A stretch of 64,000 nt of DNA. It comes from Barthelona sp. PCE. Its lineage: Eukaryota. Positions 51,139 through 61,913 of the stretch are shown here, in pieces (position 1 is the stretch's first letter; each line of letters starts with the position of its first letter). The notes under the pieces were generated by a model. It made no database searches. It was not told the DNA's origin and saw only the letters and a program-made list of their open reading frames with translations. The position numbers and the translations under genes are program-made. The DNA lies in contig JAUFOR010000008.1 in assembly GCA_040285745.1 (NCBI GenBank), forward strand, positions 2,046,001 through 2,110,000. Reading direction: 5' to 3'.

Positions 51139-52248
51139 ATGTCACTTCGTTCAAGGCAGAACAGTGACAATACATACGCAGACGTGAACAGTGATAACGA
51201 GAGCGGGCTTCTAGATGATAAAACACAGATAGATGTTACAGATAGTGAAATAGTTTCAGGAGAACAGCTTCCTTCTGATAATGAAGGGATTTTAAGAACA
51301 TCACACAGGGTACAGCGCAACATACCATGGTATAGCCGTTGCCTCAATGCTGTAGGTAAATTGTGCGGTGGTCTTCTTGTCATTTTTATGTTGGGAGTCC
51401 ACTATATGGGCTATAAGTTGGGTGCGATCGAAATATGCGACAAGTGGGCTGAGAATTCGATAGTAGGTTACATTATCAAGTATCTGTGGATGTTTTTCAC
51501 AATTTTCAACTTGACTAGCTATCTTCGTGCTGTGTTTTCTGGTGGCGGTTTCGTTCCATTTGGTTGGGGAATATCATTCTTCGGTTCCATATATCCGATA
51601 AGTTTAGATTTACCTGTCCCTGATCACGTATACAAGGTTAACGGTGTCAGTTATCGGGCCCCAATATGTATTGAACAGTCGTCAGAATCACGCATTCGCT
51701 ACTGTACAAAGTGCTGTGCATGGAAACCTGATAGATCACATCATTGCTCTGTATGTAATAGATGTGTAATGTGGTATGATCATCACTGTCCCTATATTGC
51801 AGCCTGTGTTGGTGCAAAAAACAGAAAGTTTTTCGTTCAGTTCCTCATCTACCAGACCGTTGTTCTGATAGTGAGTGACATCATATTTTTGTATGGTATT
51901 TTTGATCATGTTGATGTCAAAAATCAAATGTTCGCCTCTTCAGCCGCATTTCTCTTCTTCACAGGTGTGATGACCGTTGTGCTTATCCCGTTCATGGTTT
52001 ACCACACACTGCTTGTAGTCAAAAATATGTCATCGATTGAATATGGTGAATGGCAAGCCATTCCAAAGGACTACCGAAAAGATCATCAGCACACATTTGA
52101 TTTAGGCAAAGGAGGCAATTTCAGACATGTATTTGGTGAGAAATGGTATCAATGGTTCATTCCTACACATCATGGAACACCTTTTGCAAAAAAAAATTCC
52201 TCTGCAGGAATTATATGGCCAATCAATCCCCATCTTTTTGATGCATGA
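51139..52248 (+). CDS. DHHC palmitoyl acyltransferase
   Basis: [49 protein letters not shown], four TM segments, NMSSIE (TTxE-like) and [11 protein letters not shown]. First ATG at 51139. Confidence 0.96.
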   Translation: MSLRSRQNSDNTYADVNSDNESGLLDDKTQIDVTDSEIVSGEQLPSDNEGILRTSHRVQRNIPWYSRCLNAVGKLCGGLLVIFMLGVHYMGYKLGAIEICDKWAENSIVGYIIKYLWMFFTIFNLTSYLRAVFSGGGFVPFGWGISFFGSIYPISLDLPVPDHVYKVNGVSYRAPICIEQSSESRIRYCTKCCAWKPDRSHHCSVCNRCVMWYDHHCPYIAACVGAKNRKFFVQFLIYQTVVLIVSDIIFLYGIFDHVDVKNQMFASSAAFLFFTGVMTVVLIPFMVYHTLLVVKNMSSIEYGEWQAIPKDYRKDHQHTFDLGKGGNFRHVFGEKWYQWFIPTHHGTPFAKKNSSAGIIWPINPHLFDA

Positions 52249-52260
52249 TCAATAATTGGT

Positions 52261-53256
52261 TTATTCATTTTCTCTCTTGATTCTTGTGTGTAACTGGATC
52301 ATACAATTCAAAACCTGTAAATAGACGTCGGCTCCAGTCGATATTCTATAGTCTGCAACACCAATGGTCCACAATAAATCGCCGAGCATTATGCTAACAT
52401 CCGGCTGGTTGGCAAACAAACCATACTCGTCGCGGACTGCTTGTACGATACCTTGCAGTATACTATTTCCATTGTAGCCGTCCAGACACAAATCGGTGAC
52501 TGCTTGAACGATCTCGCTGTGGTCACCGTTCAAACTGTCAATAACACTGTGAATTCGAGACATGGGTACAACACCTGCGATCTCATACACCAGCTGTGAA
52601 TCAATATCAGAGAACAGACGACATGACGTCTGGAGGAGTTGTACTGCGCTTCTCATATCTCCTTTTGACACATCGATGATGGATGCCATTACAGCCTGAC
52701 TGGGCTCAACACCTTCAACGGCCGCAATCGAATGCAGCTTATCGAGCATTGCTGGGCGAGGGAGTGATCCGAAGTGGAATTTTGCACATCTGGAAGTGAT
52801 TGGATCTATGATTTTCGAAACATAATTACAAATAATGCAGAAACGTGTAACTGAACTGAACTGTTCCATGACTCTGCGGAGCGCTGCCTGTGCGTCAATT
52901 GTCATAGCATCTGCCTCATCTAGAACAATAATTTTGAAGGGTGGGCATGGAAATCCCTTTGCCTTCTCTGTGGATATAGTTTGTGCAAACTCCTTGATGC
53001 GGTTACGCACAACTTTGATTCCTCGTTCATCGGAAGCGTTTAATTCAAGTACTCTTTTTCTTTTAAGTGGACCAAATAACTGATGTGCAGCAGCCATAAT
53101 CGTAGATGTCTTTCCTGTTCCGGCGGGCCCATAAAAAAGAAGATGAGGAAGGTTTCCTCGCTCAAGGGCACGCTGTAAAAATTGAACAGCTTCCTCTTGA
53201 TGTGCAATATCCTTCAGACGTTTCGGCCTATGTTTAGATACCCAGGGTTTGCTCAT
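52261..53256 (-). CDS. RFC4: Replication factor C small subunit (human RFC4 / yeast Rfc2 type)
   Basis: PWVSKHRP, GPAGTGKTS, LELNASDERGI, PCPPFKIIVLDEAD and SRC motif. Confidence 0.93.
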   Translation of the reverse strand: MSKPWVSKHRPKRLKDIAHQEEAVQFLQRALERGNLPHLLFYGPAGTGKTSTIMAAAHQLFGPLKRKRVLELNASDERGIKVVRNRIKEFAQTISTEKAKGFPCPPFKIIVLDEADAMTIDAQAALRRVMEQFSSVTRFCIICNYVSKIIDPITSRCAKFHFGSLPRPAMLDKLHSIAAVEGVEPSQAVMASIIDVSKGDMRSAVQLLQTSCRLFSDIDSQLVYEIAGVVPMSRIHSVIDSLNGDHSEIVQAVTDLCLDGYNGNSILQGIVQAVRDEYGLFANQPDVSIMLGDLLWTIGVADYRISTGADVYLQVLNCMIQLHTRIKRENE

Positions 53257-53313
53257 TTCGTTTATTCGAAGAACAAAAAATTAACAGAAAGAAGTAAAAA
53301 AAGCAATACAAAT

Positions 53314-54804
53314 TTATTGTCTGGGTTGGATTCTGAATGACAATTGGAAGAATTCTTCAGCCTCAGCCATCTCGTGCCTGTCAATATCAACCATAACTTC
53401 ATGGTTCTCCTGAATGTGAGAGTACAAATTCGGCTTCTGAAATTTCAAGAGCAAACCAATTGCATTGTATTGGAGCATGGCTCTGAACAAGTTAATGAGC
53501 CCATCATTGAACTTTCCGTTACCATCCTCAATGAATGTAAGATCACGTAAAAAGGGTGATATGAACGGGACACAGTGATCGTTAGGACTTACGCCTTCAA
53601 GAGCGACACGGTAATTCTTATAGTTAGACAGAGGTGACATGAGTTGTGAATAGTTCCTGTGCTCTTCTTGTAAAGATTCTTTAAGTTCTACATATGTTTT
53701 TGTGAGTCTATTAACAGGAGGATTGGAAAATGCAAACGCAAAGGCGGAAAGGCCATTGAAGTTATTGAGCTCATGAAGGTGGCTCATGACCTGGATGGCG
53801 TTGGTCATCACATTCTTTCTAGCCTTGATATCAGGTGCTTTAAGAATAGAATATGTCACAAAATTGCTTATTTTTTCAAAGAATTCGATATGCTCAACCA
53901 AACATGGGACTAGATGCTTCTTCTTGTTCCACTTGCATCCAATGAAATCTAAAGGTGATAGCTGATTGTAAATCTCAGCATCAACACGTGTCAGTTGTTC
54001 GGCAATAACCAGAGGTGAGTGCTCCCAGAACTGCTTATAGATTGCGTCACTGAGCGCAAGACCCTTGGAGAAACCCTTGGAAACAAACTGAGGTGTTTCG
54101 GTGGGACCATCAATAGCTTTCCTTAATTCCTCAGCAGCTCCGTAATGTCCATCACGAATAACGTTCTCTTGGACAAAGGTTCTGAGGTAGTCTAGTTGAT
54201 CGCGCACCTCATAGCGGTACTTCTCAAGATATGCTACTAAAACGCGACACACCTTGACTTGAATGATGACTCTTTCTTGCAGTAAGAAACGAGGACGATC
54301 GCAAGGGAGCAGTCCCTCGGGTTCGCAAACATCATAGCGCTCAAGGAGCTTGTGGATCAGGATATCAGGTGTTGTAAACTGTCTAAAAGTGTGAATGAAT
54401 GCTTTCCACATATAATCATTATTGTGTGGAGATGTCATCTCAATGATGACACGGTTCAGGGTGCCATAACGAACAACAGGTTGAGCATTTTTATCACCTG
54501 GTTTAGAGCCCACCACAGGATTGGTGCTTGTAGGTTCGGGTTCTTCATGAAGTGAAAGGCGTTCTTGTGCGCTGATATCAAAAACTTCATCAGCTGTTTT
54601 TTTGACTGACTGCTTATCATAGACGAGAAGAACGTCCCCACCCTTAAATGAGCAAACTCTGTTCAATTTGAGAATCCAGGGGTTGTGATCGTAGAGAGAA
54701 CAGTATGCTTCCATGGCTAAGTCGTTCAGCTGCTCGATAGATGCTTCCTGCTCAATATTGAGCATGAATGGGGCGCTCTGGCTCACATGAACAAATAATC
54801 GCAT
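53314..54804 (-). CDS. Ras guanine nucleotide exchange factor (REM plus CDC25 domains)
   Basis: YGTLNRVI..AFIHTFRQFTTPDILIHKLLERY (REM); IAEQLT, LNNFNGL, NYKNYR and CVPFISPFLRDLTFIEDGN (CDC25). Start placed at MRLFVH (54804). Confidence 0.92.
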   Translation of the reverse strand: MRLFVHVSQSAPFMLNIEQEASIEQLNDLAMEAYCSLYDHNPWILKLNRVCSFKGGDVLLVYDKQSVKKTADEVFDISAQERLSLHEEPEPTSTNPVVGSKPGDKNAQPVVRYGTLNRVIIEMTSPHNNDYMWKAFIHTFRQFTTPDILIHKLLERYDVCEPEGLLPCDRPRFLLQERVIIQVKVCRVLVAYLEKYRYEVRDQLDYLRTFVQENVIRDGHYGAAEELRKAIDGPTETPQFVSKGFSKGLALSDAIYKQFWEHSPLVIAEQLTRVDAEIYNQLSPLDFIGCKWNKKKHLVPCLVEHIEFFEKISNFVTYSILKAPDIKARKNVMTNAIQVMSHLHELNNFNGLSAFAFAFSNPPVNRLTKTYVELKESLQEEHRNYSQLMSPLSNYKNYRVALEGVSPNDHCVPFISPFLRDLTFIEDGNGKFNDGLINLFRAMLQYNAIGLLLKFQKPNLYSHIQENHEVMVDIDRHEMAEAEEFFQLSFRIQPRQ

Positions 54805-55468
54805 ATTTATATGTGTTTTGGTGCAAGGTGTGGGAAATGAACGGTTAAATAGCGATAGGAAAAGGGTTAACAATTCTAAAACACCATTGAATTTCAAAAA
54901 ACTACAAATGGTCAATTCGCATGTTATAGATGCACACGCCATTTAAAGCACGGTGCAAGAGTATTACTTCTCACATTGCGCGAGTGAAATATGCCTTCTT
55001 GCTGTTTTTCTTTTATCTTACTGTTATCCTTTACTAATTATGATTTTGGGCTGATTATTCACTCCAAAAATAATTTAAAGGTCCATTATCCTCATAAAAT
55101 TTGCATTAAACCTGGATTCGGAAAGGTAATCATGTTTGTCAAACAATATGCAGTATTAGGATATAATTCGTGTTGGTGAGATTTTGGTAGGTTGTAAATG
55201 CTCTGTAATACTACAATTCATGTATACATAATGATACCTTAGATGATATCAGTGTGAATATATTTCTTTATTTCACTCATTAAAACATGTATAAAACATT
55301 GTAAGTAGTGTTTTGGTGGAGTGAAATGCTATAAAGTAATGAATACGGAGAGAAAAATGGAAAAGAATGAAAATCAAGTATTGTAGTGTTAATACAATAC
55401 CGCGTCCCATAAATACACATTTCACCTATACCTGCTGTATACAAAACTGAATTTAACTGTAGCGTAAA

Positions 55469-56947
55469 ATGTATCCATTTTTCTCCATAATTTCGTCGAA
55501 TTTTTTCGACGCATCCTTATTAACAGAATTTTCACATACCCACCGGTATATAGGGCATATGTATCTTAAACTAGAGGGAAGCAGTGAGATTGACTTCGAT
55601 GTTTTACACAACACATACAACGTAACGCATCTAGATGTGTCACACGCGACCATATTCAAGAATATAGAGGTGCTTCAGAGTATGGAATTAACAAAAGTAT
55701 CGTTTAGCTATTGTAATTTGAGCGGGATCAAGGCATTTCACTTCCACAAGATCGCAACGTTAAGAGAGCTTAGTCTGAGCCATAATAGGCTGAACAGCGG
55801 TTGCGTACCAGATCTTGAACGTATAAAACAGATACATTCATTGGATTTATCGTATAATGAGATGAGTTCATTTTCTATAAGGACCCCATTACAATGGTCA
55901 AGTGTTAACCTTCAGGGAAACAACCTGTTGGAACTGCCTGAGGTGTACAGTCTTAAGATGCTTCGAGATTTGAATCTGAGCTACAATAGTATTGATAGTT
56001 TAAAAAATATACATACATTCGTTTATAAGTCTCTTATAACTTTAAATTTAAGTTTTAATAATTTGTTGGACTTTAATACATTGAAATTTTTAACTTATTT
56101 TTCAAATTTAAAAGTTTTAAAAGTATTTTTAAAGAATGAAAAGCTTAATCAGCTTTTTTTAAATTTTAAACCATTTTTTGTATTCTTATCACCAAATTTA
56201 GTCAGTTTCAATGGAATTATGGTGCAAAAATTTGATTTTGATTGTTGTGCAGAATTGTTTTTTGAAGGTGAAAAAATTAGTCCCAATGTTCCTCAGATTT
56301 TTGGTGATCATCAGCTTTTAATGGAATTTTTAGTTAATAATCTGCCTCCTAACACATCACATGTGAACCAATTTGTAGAAATCAAGAAGAAAAATGAATT
56401 TCTCCAAGATAGAGATTTTATATCCATTTTTGAAAATAGGTTACGACAATTAGAAATAGCAGCATCCAGAAGCGCAACATCCAACATATCAAATGGCATG
56501 GATAAAAGATTTGAAAAGTTTCCATCACTTATTACGGTTGATCGAATGGTTGACTTAAGCAGTGTTGATCCAACCTGCGTAGAATGTGATCCGCGCATCA
56601 TTGACTGTCAGAGGTATGTGCGAGGTTTCATCACTCGCAAGAGATATGAAAAATTAAAAGTATTGACCAAGGCAGCCATAAATTTGCAACGTATTTATAG
56701 GGGGGTACGAGTGAGACGCATTTGGCGTCCAGTTCTTGACAGAATGTACGTTCTGAATCAGCGTATAGCACATGTAGAATCATATTTAACAGAAATGGAA
56801 CCAGTCACACCAGAATCTGATCCGCAAACAATAGAATTGGATCGCGTATTACATGAAGCAGCAGTAACAATTCAACGTGTGTACCGCGGCTATCGACTGC
56901 GAAAAGTGCTTAGAAAATTTGAGGATTTTGTGTGTTCTTTTGAATAA
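55469..56947 (+). CDS. Leucine-rich repeat protein with C-terminal IQ motifs (CEP97/LRRIQ-like)
   Basis: Repeated LxxLxLSxN units; IQ motifs CQRYVRGFITRK, LQRIYRGVRVRR and IQRVYRGYRLRK. The start may be 55559. Confidence 0.8.
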   Translation: MYPFFSIISSNFFDASLLTEFSHTHRYIGHMYLKLEGSSEIDFDVLHNTYNVTHLDVSHATIFKNIEVLQSMELTKVSFSYCNLSGIKAFHFHKIATLRELSLSHNRLNSGCVPDLERIKQIHSLDLSYNEMSSFSIRTPLQWSSVNLQGNNLLELPEVYSLKMLRDLNLSYNSIDSLKNIHTFVYKSLITLNLSFNNLLDFNTLKFLTYFSNLKVLKVFLKNEKLNQLFLNFKPFFVFLSPNLVSFNGIMVQKFDFDCCAELFFEGEKISPNVPQIFGDHQLLMEFLVNNLPPNTSHVNQFVEIKKKNEFLQDRDFISIFENRLRQLEIAASRSATSNISNGMDKRFEKFPSLITVDRMVDLSSVDPTCVECDPRIIDCQRYVRGFITRKRYEKLKVLTKAAINLQRIYRGVRVRRIWRPVLDRMYVLNQRIAHVESYLTEMEPVTPESDPQTIELDRVLHEAAVTIQRVYRGYRLRKVLRKFEDFVCSFE

Positions 56948-57007
56948 AGTCTTGTTTTGTATTCTTTCTTTTTTAACGTTTTTTTTGTTGTTGTTTTTAT
57001 GAGATAA

Positions 57008-57643
57008 ATGTTTTCAAATTATGCGTTCCTATCAACAAACACACGCAGGGCATATGAAAGCTTTAACAGACAAGTGAAGAAAGAACAAAGTTCGCGTTTA
57101 GACAAATACAGACGAAACAATATAGCTTCTATGGCAGCACTGGGCTCATCAGAAAGGGATTCAAAACATGGAAATGATTCTCGAAATGCAGAATCGAAAA
57201 AGAGATCTGCAGATATTACTCTTGGAAATGGTAATGTTCTATCCATGATGCAGACTTTTATTAGCGAGGAATACGACAAAAGCACACCAAAAACAACGTC
57301 ATCACGTAGTTCAAAGATATCAAGCTCATCGGCTCGGAGCGGTCTTCGAAGTGCAATTGAACATTCAAAAATGGTTTCAAAACTAGGAAACATACCTATT
57401 CGCATCCATCTACCCTTTTTAAAGAAGAATAATTTAATTCAACTTCGCATATCAGGAAGAACAACAATACGCCAAATCAAAAATTTAATTATCAGTCAGT
57501 TGAAAACCATAAACAGAGACTTTGATGAGAATAGGAACTATAAGCTTTTCTTAATGGAGAACAACAACATTGATTTTGATATGTTCTTAAACGATGATGT
57601 TCAAGCCAATGATTTTGGAACAGAATTTGTTTTTATGCATTAG
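57008..57643 (+). CDS. Small protein with a Sin1/Avo1 CRIM-like (ubiquitin-fold) C-terminal domain
   Basis: IPIRIHLPF..LIQLRISGRTTIRQIKNLII..NYKLFLMENNNIDFDMFLNDD..NDFGTEFVF resembles the Sin1 CRIM consensus. Ser-rich N-terminal half. Confidence 0.5.
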   Translation: MFSNYAFLSTNTRRAYESFNRQVKKEQSSRLDKYRRNNIASMAALGSSERDSKHGNDSRNAESKKRSADITLGNGNVLSMMQTFISEEYDKSTPKTTSSRSSKISSSSARSGLRSAIEHSKMVSKLGNIPIRIHLPFLKKNNLIQLRISGRTTIRQIKNLIISQLKTINRDFDENRNYKLFLMENNNIDFDMFLNDDVQANDFGTEFVFMH

Positions 57644-57798
57644 CATTATTGTTTCAATAGTTTTACAAATGATATTCATCAATTTACTAAATAAATTATA
57701 TTTGAAAAAAAGTTAATTCTACTTGCTAATGTCCGTGACACAAATTTGAAAAATGATTGCTATGAGCCATAAAAAAAAAGCTCGGGGTTATAAAGCGC

Positions 57799-58992
57799 TT
57801 AGTCAGTATGGGAACAGACACCTAAAACAATAGATGAAGAGATTGTATCACCAAGACCAACAGTGGAAGAAATGGGCTTGAGAATCTTGGGCTTGAAATA
57901 TACAAGCTTCTCCTTGTCAATGGTATCTGGAACAGTGTCAAATTCTGTTAAGTCATGTTTTAAATCAACGTAAAAAGCTTCAGAATCTTCAACGGCACGA
58001 GTGTCCAGAATAACACGTTCACCAATGTGCATACCGTAATCGTACGCAGCCTTGGAGAAAGGGGACTTGCAACCAATAGCAACATAAAGGCCGAGGGTGT
58101 GGAAGAAGACCTGGGGTAACTGTAAATCGTTGGTAAATCGAATGAGGGTTTGGGGAAGGGTATCCTCAGCGCAGTATTCTTCACAACAAGTTTCAGCAAA
58201 CAAACGCAGCTCAACCTCGTTCAAACCAACAGAAGATGCCTTGGGGATCAGATCATCCAAAATATAATCGCGAACAACCTTATCAGACTGAAAAGCCATC
58301 TCGTAGTGAACCCAACCAGCACGATCGGCGAGGGTTTGCATGAGGGTGGTATGCTTATTCTTGAACTCGTCAGTTAGCTTGTCAACAGATATTAAGTGAT
58401 GACCACTGATGAGCACAGCCCAGTCCTTATCGATAAGATTCATGTTCATGAAGAGGTGCTCATCAAGGACGAGGTTTGAGTTAGTCTCATCGAAAGTAAG
58501 AATGAAACGATTGGCACGATGAACAACAGAACCATCGGGCATAACGAGACCAGCAGGATACTCAGCAACAATGTGAACTGGGGCTGCTTCGTTGGTTGTT
58601 TGAATGTCACTGATGGACATGAGACCATTATCCTCAAAAACTAAAGCGGTGGGGCAGATAGTTTTGACAAATTCAACCATCTTGACAGAACGGTTGGGAA
58701 GATGCAAGACTGGCTTCATGTGCTTGAAGGAGCGGACTGTGTTTTGGAAGAAAAAGCCTTCCTGACCTCCTAAGACTTGTTCGTGTTCAAATTCAGACAA
58801 AATGTCAGAAACAAGAGTAGAAGGAACCAACTCCTCACGTGCGTAACCTCCACTGACTGCATCGGTGAAAATAGGAAGGATTTCAGGACAGTGTTGCTCC
58901 AACAATTGTTGAATGCGAATAAACTGATCTGTAGTTTCAATATGCATAATAGCATCAATGTTAATGTTCAAACCAAGGAATACGTGCTCCAT
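57799..58992 (-). CDS. ADP-dependent glucokinase/phosphofructokinase family (ribokinase superfamily)
   Basis: VFLGLNINIDAI, LGGQ, ANRFI, LISGHH, VHYEMA, SVGLNEVEL, FHTLG and catalytic TVGLGDTISS. Confidence 0.92.
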   Translation of the reverse strand: MEHVFLGLNINIDAIMHIETTDQFIRIQQLLEQHCPEILPIFTDAVSGGYAREELVPSTLVSDILSEFEHEQVLGGQEGFFFQNTVRSFKHMKPVLHLPNRSVKMVEFVKTICPTALVFEDNGLMSISDIQTTNEAAPVHIVAEYPAGLVMPDGSVVHRANRFILTFDETNSNLVLDEHLFMNMNLIDKDWAVLISGHHLISVDKLTDEFKNKHTTLMQTLADRAGWVHYEMAFQSDKVVRDYILDDLIPKASSVGLNEVELRLFAETCCEEYCAEDTLPQTLIRFTNDLQLPQVFFHTLGLYVAIGCKSPFSKAAYDYGMHIGERVILDTRAVEDSEAFYVDLKHDLTEFDTVPDTIDKEKLVYFKPKILKPISSTVGLGDTISSSIVLGVCSHTD

Positions 58993-59792
58993 GTTATTCG
59001 TTTAAGCTCCAAAGATTCTGTAAAGGGATGGAAAGGGAATAATAGAATTTTCGACGTGTAGTAAATTTTTCTCAAAATTCAGTATGTGTTTTGGTGCCAA
59101 CCTGTACTAAATAGTCTGTGGCAGCGAGTTTAAAGACAAATAACTTGGAAATCTCACAGATTTTGCGATTTAGTTTATTGATCTGAATGTGTTTAAGATT
59201 GCATTGTTTTAGGGAGTATTATAGTATTAAGAGCGAGAAACATGTAGAAACAGAATCAAAAAGTGTTGAATTATATAGGAATTTATTCATTTTTTATAGT
59301 TATTGTAGTAATAAAAGTTTGCCAAAAACTAGGTGCCCGTGATAGAAAATCCCCATTGTTGTTGTTTTAAAAACCTGTACACTTAAGATTGAGGAATAGG
59401 AAAAAAATCTCAAAAACTTGAAACTGTTTGTATTAGTCACATTTCAAAAATTTACGAGGTTAAAAATAAGACGGGTGTTGCAGAGGAAGGTAAACATCAC
59501 AAAAAAGCCTAAGTACTGAATAACAGCATAATAAGCGGATAGACTAGTGCGGTTTTGAGAATAAGACCACCTGCCATCCTAATGCTTCCCCATAAACATG
59601 TAAAAGGAGAAAAAAAAGTATACTATACAAAATTCGTAATAACATTATCGGTGTTACTATATACAATCTGACCCATCGTTTTGCTGTCTTCAACAGTATT
59701 CACGAAACGGATTTTGAAGTGATTCTTTGTTACTCCATTCTTCACTTGTTCCTGTTGTTTTTCTATTTTGTGGCCGCATACAACTAAAACAC

Positions 59793-60590
59793 ATGGAACG
59801 ACCAAAGTTAGTTAGGGATATTGGTATTAAATCAAGTTCCGATGAATTCACAATTCTTTCAGACTTGGATTTAACAAGCGCACTCTTTGACTTTGACAGA
59901 GAGCTTCTACAGCGCTATACAGAGATTGTTCGTTGTATTTCGATGCTCTACACAAGCTCCACATATCTAAGCGAACTTACCAATCGTAATTACAGGAACA
60001 GCGTTCAACGCTTGGCTGTGACGTTTCTTACTCGGTCCCACAGGTTGTTGACGGAGAGAGAAATGACAATGACACAAACTAGAATGTGTTGTTTTCGTCG
60101 TCAGATGGATACTTCAAAATTTGTGAATTTTTTTGATAATTATGACTCAATTGTGGCGACACATGGTGCTAGAATCCAGAGGGATATTGATTATGAAGAA
60201 AGAAAGAAAAGTTTAGTGGATAAACCCAAATTTTCCAAAGCTTTTCTCGATTTTATGGATGAACATAATATGTTGTATGCAATTGGCGATATGAGCCAGC
60301 TAACAAAGTTGTTGTATGATCACGCAAAGGAATCAAGAGATAAATACACTAATACAAAATCAAAACTCAAGAATTTTACTGCAAATGTCGACCACACACT
60401 TCAAATGATTGTGAGAACCATGGAGCTTGTCAACTCATCTCTTCCTGATGATAAAAAACTTGATATTCCTACAATCCCTAAAACATCAATCAACAAACTC
60501 TTAACAATGCGTAGTGTGTTTGGTGATATGCATGAGTTATTAGTGGAGTACTTTACAGTTGATATTGATGAGATTATTATTACTATGTAA
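59793..60590 (+). CDS. Hypothetical protein
   Basis: 265-aa ORF from ATG 59793 with coding-like composition, convergent with the next gene across a 16-nt gap. No family recognised. Confidence 0.65.
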   Translation: MERPKLVRDIGIKSSSDEFTILSDLDLTSALFDFDRELLQRYTEIVRCISMLYTSSTYLSELTNRNYRNSVQRLAVTFLTRSHRLLTEREMTMTQTRMCCFRRQMDTSKFVNFFDNYDSIVATHGARIQRDIDYEERKKSLVDKPKFSKAFLDFMDEHNMLYAIGDMSQLTKLLYDHAKESRDKYTNTKSKLKNFTANVDHTLQMIVRTMELVNSSLPDDKKLDIPTIPKTSINKLLTMRSVFGDMHELLVEYFTVDIDEIIITM

Positions 60591-60606
60591 CCAATCATTA
60601 AAAAGA

Positions 60607-61683
60607 TTAAAGCCACTGTTTTGTTTTCACATGAAAACTAGTTTTATGTGATAGTTCCTTGTGATAATACCCAGGACCAGGCGTAGTAGACCTCGGCGTC
60701 ATTGTGTCACGTGTCTGGTTACTCTTAAATATACTTGAATCAGTATATTTCTTTTGCACCCTTGGCATCTTGAAGTAAGCACCTGGACCAGGTGTTGCTT
60801 CATTTTCATCTAAATATTCTTCACCATAGTAATCCATTAGTTTTCCGAACCGGTTGTGTAAAGTTGGTACAAATGATGAACGGTAACTCCTTGTGTTTCT
60901 TTGAACATCTATTTCGTAATCACCCGGTCCAGGCCCACAGTCTTTCTTTTTTACCTTCTTGGAAACGAGGAAGTTCTTCATTTTCTTCTGTATTGGTTCT
61001 TCTCTGTTCTTCTTCTGATTTTGCTTTTTTTTCTTTCTTTCAAAAAGCATATTCTCATATCCATACTGTAAAGATCCATATTGACCCGGCCCCGGTACAT
61101 CATTCGTTTCCTTTTCCTTGAAACGAGGTGCCGAATAGCCAAATGGAACCTTTTTTTTATCTCTCTTGGGAAGCAGTCTGGTACTCTTTTGTCTCACATT
61201 AACAAAATCTTTTCCAACACTAAAATCATCACTTTCCTTCTTAATCGTCCTCCCCACCTTCCTTCTGAACTTTTGTTTTGGTTTAAACTCTTTCTTTGTG
61301 GTTTTCTGGAAACTTCCTGGAATATTATAAGATCCTGGTCCAGGCATTGCTCCTCTTTTTAATGTATTAAATCGATTACCTTTTGATGCAAAGTTACCAA
61401 TTCCCTGTTTTGAATAGCTAGGCTTTGTAGCTTCAAAGCTATCACGCCTAACTCTGTATGTACCCGGTCCAGGTCGATTTTCCACATCTTTTTTTGAATT
61501 AAATCGCTTTGATGAAATAGAAAACCCCTTCTTTCGATCTTGATGATGCAGAATAGTAACAAATTTGCTTGGTATACTTGGTGCACTGGCAATTCTGTAA
61601 CTGTTACCCTTTATGAGATTTCCGTCTGATAGTTTGCCCACCTGCCGGTAGTTCTCCCCCGAACCACCAGTGTCAAAATTCAT
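60607..61683 (-). CDS. SHIPPO/PGPGxY-repeat axonemal protein, STPG1-like
   Basis: Six PGPGxY repeats (RPGPGTY, MPGPGSY, VPGPGQY, GPGPGDY, TPGPGAY, TPGPGYY) and N-terminal APSIPSK..KKGFSISSKRF. Start is ambiguous (61683, 61725 or 61773). Confidence 0.85.
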   Translation of the reverse strand: MNFDTGGSGENYRQVGKLSDGNLIKGNSYRIASAPSIPSKFVTILHHQDRKKGFSISSKRFNSKKDVENRPGPGTYRVRRDSFEATKPSYSKQGIGNFASKGNRFNTLKRGAMPGPGSYNIPGSFQKTTKKEFKPKQKFRRKVGRTIKKESDDFSVGKDFVNVRQKSTRLLPKRDKKKVPFGYSAPRFKEKETNDVPGPGQYGSLQYGYENMLFERKKKKQNQKKNREEPIQKKMKNFLVSKKVKKKDCGPGPGDYEIDVQRNTRSYRSSFVPTLHNRFGKLMDYYGEEYLDENEATPGPGAYFKMPRVQKKYTDSSIFKSNQTRDTMTPRSTTPGPGYYHKELSHKTSFHVKTKQWL

Positions 61684-61913
61684 TTTTGACGATAAGGGAC
61701 TGGAAAATAAAACAATCTCTGACATATTGCCTATCTGTATTTGTATTACTAATACCTGCGGTAATCGATGCATAAAAGTCTCCTGTTCTATTCATAAATT
61801 CATAATTCAAATTTTATTCGAAAGAACTTGAATCTCCATTTATATCCTCTTTACATTTTTTATAAAGGGCTGGCTTAGCACAAATCATCGATTCTCCTAT
61901 TTTTATGCGCTAA

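Noticed and set aside
5129-53256. Functional clustering (CTF8 with RFC4; polymerase subunits flanking BUB3; Noc2 with Efg1; several ciliary genes)
   Set aside because: Plausible by chance in a compact genome. Orientations are mixed and there is no operon-like evidence without synteny data.
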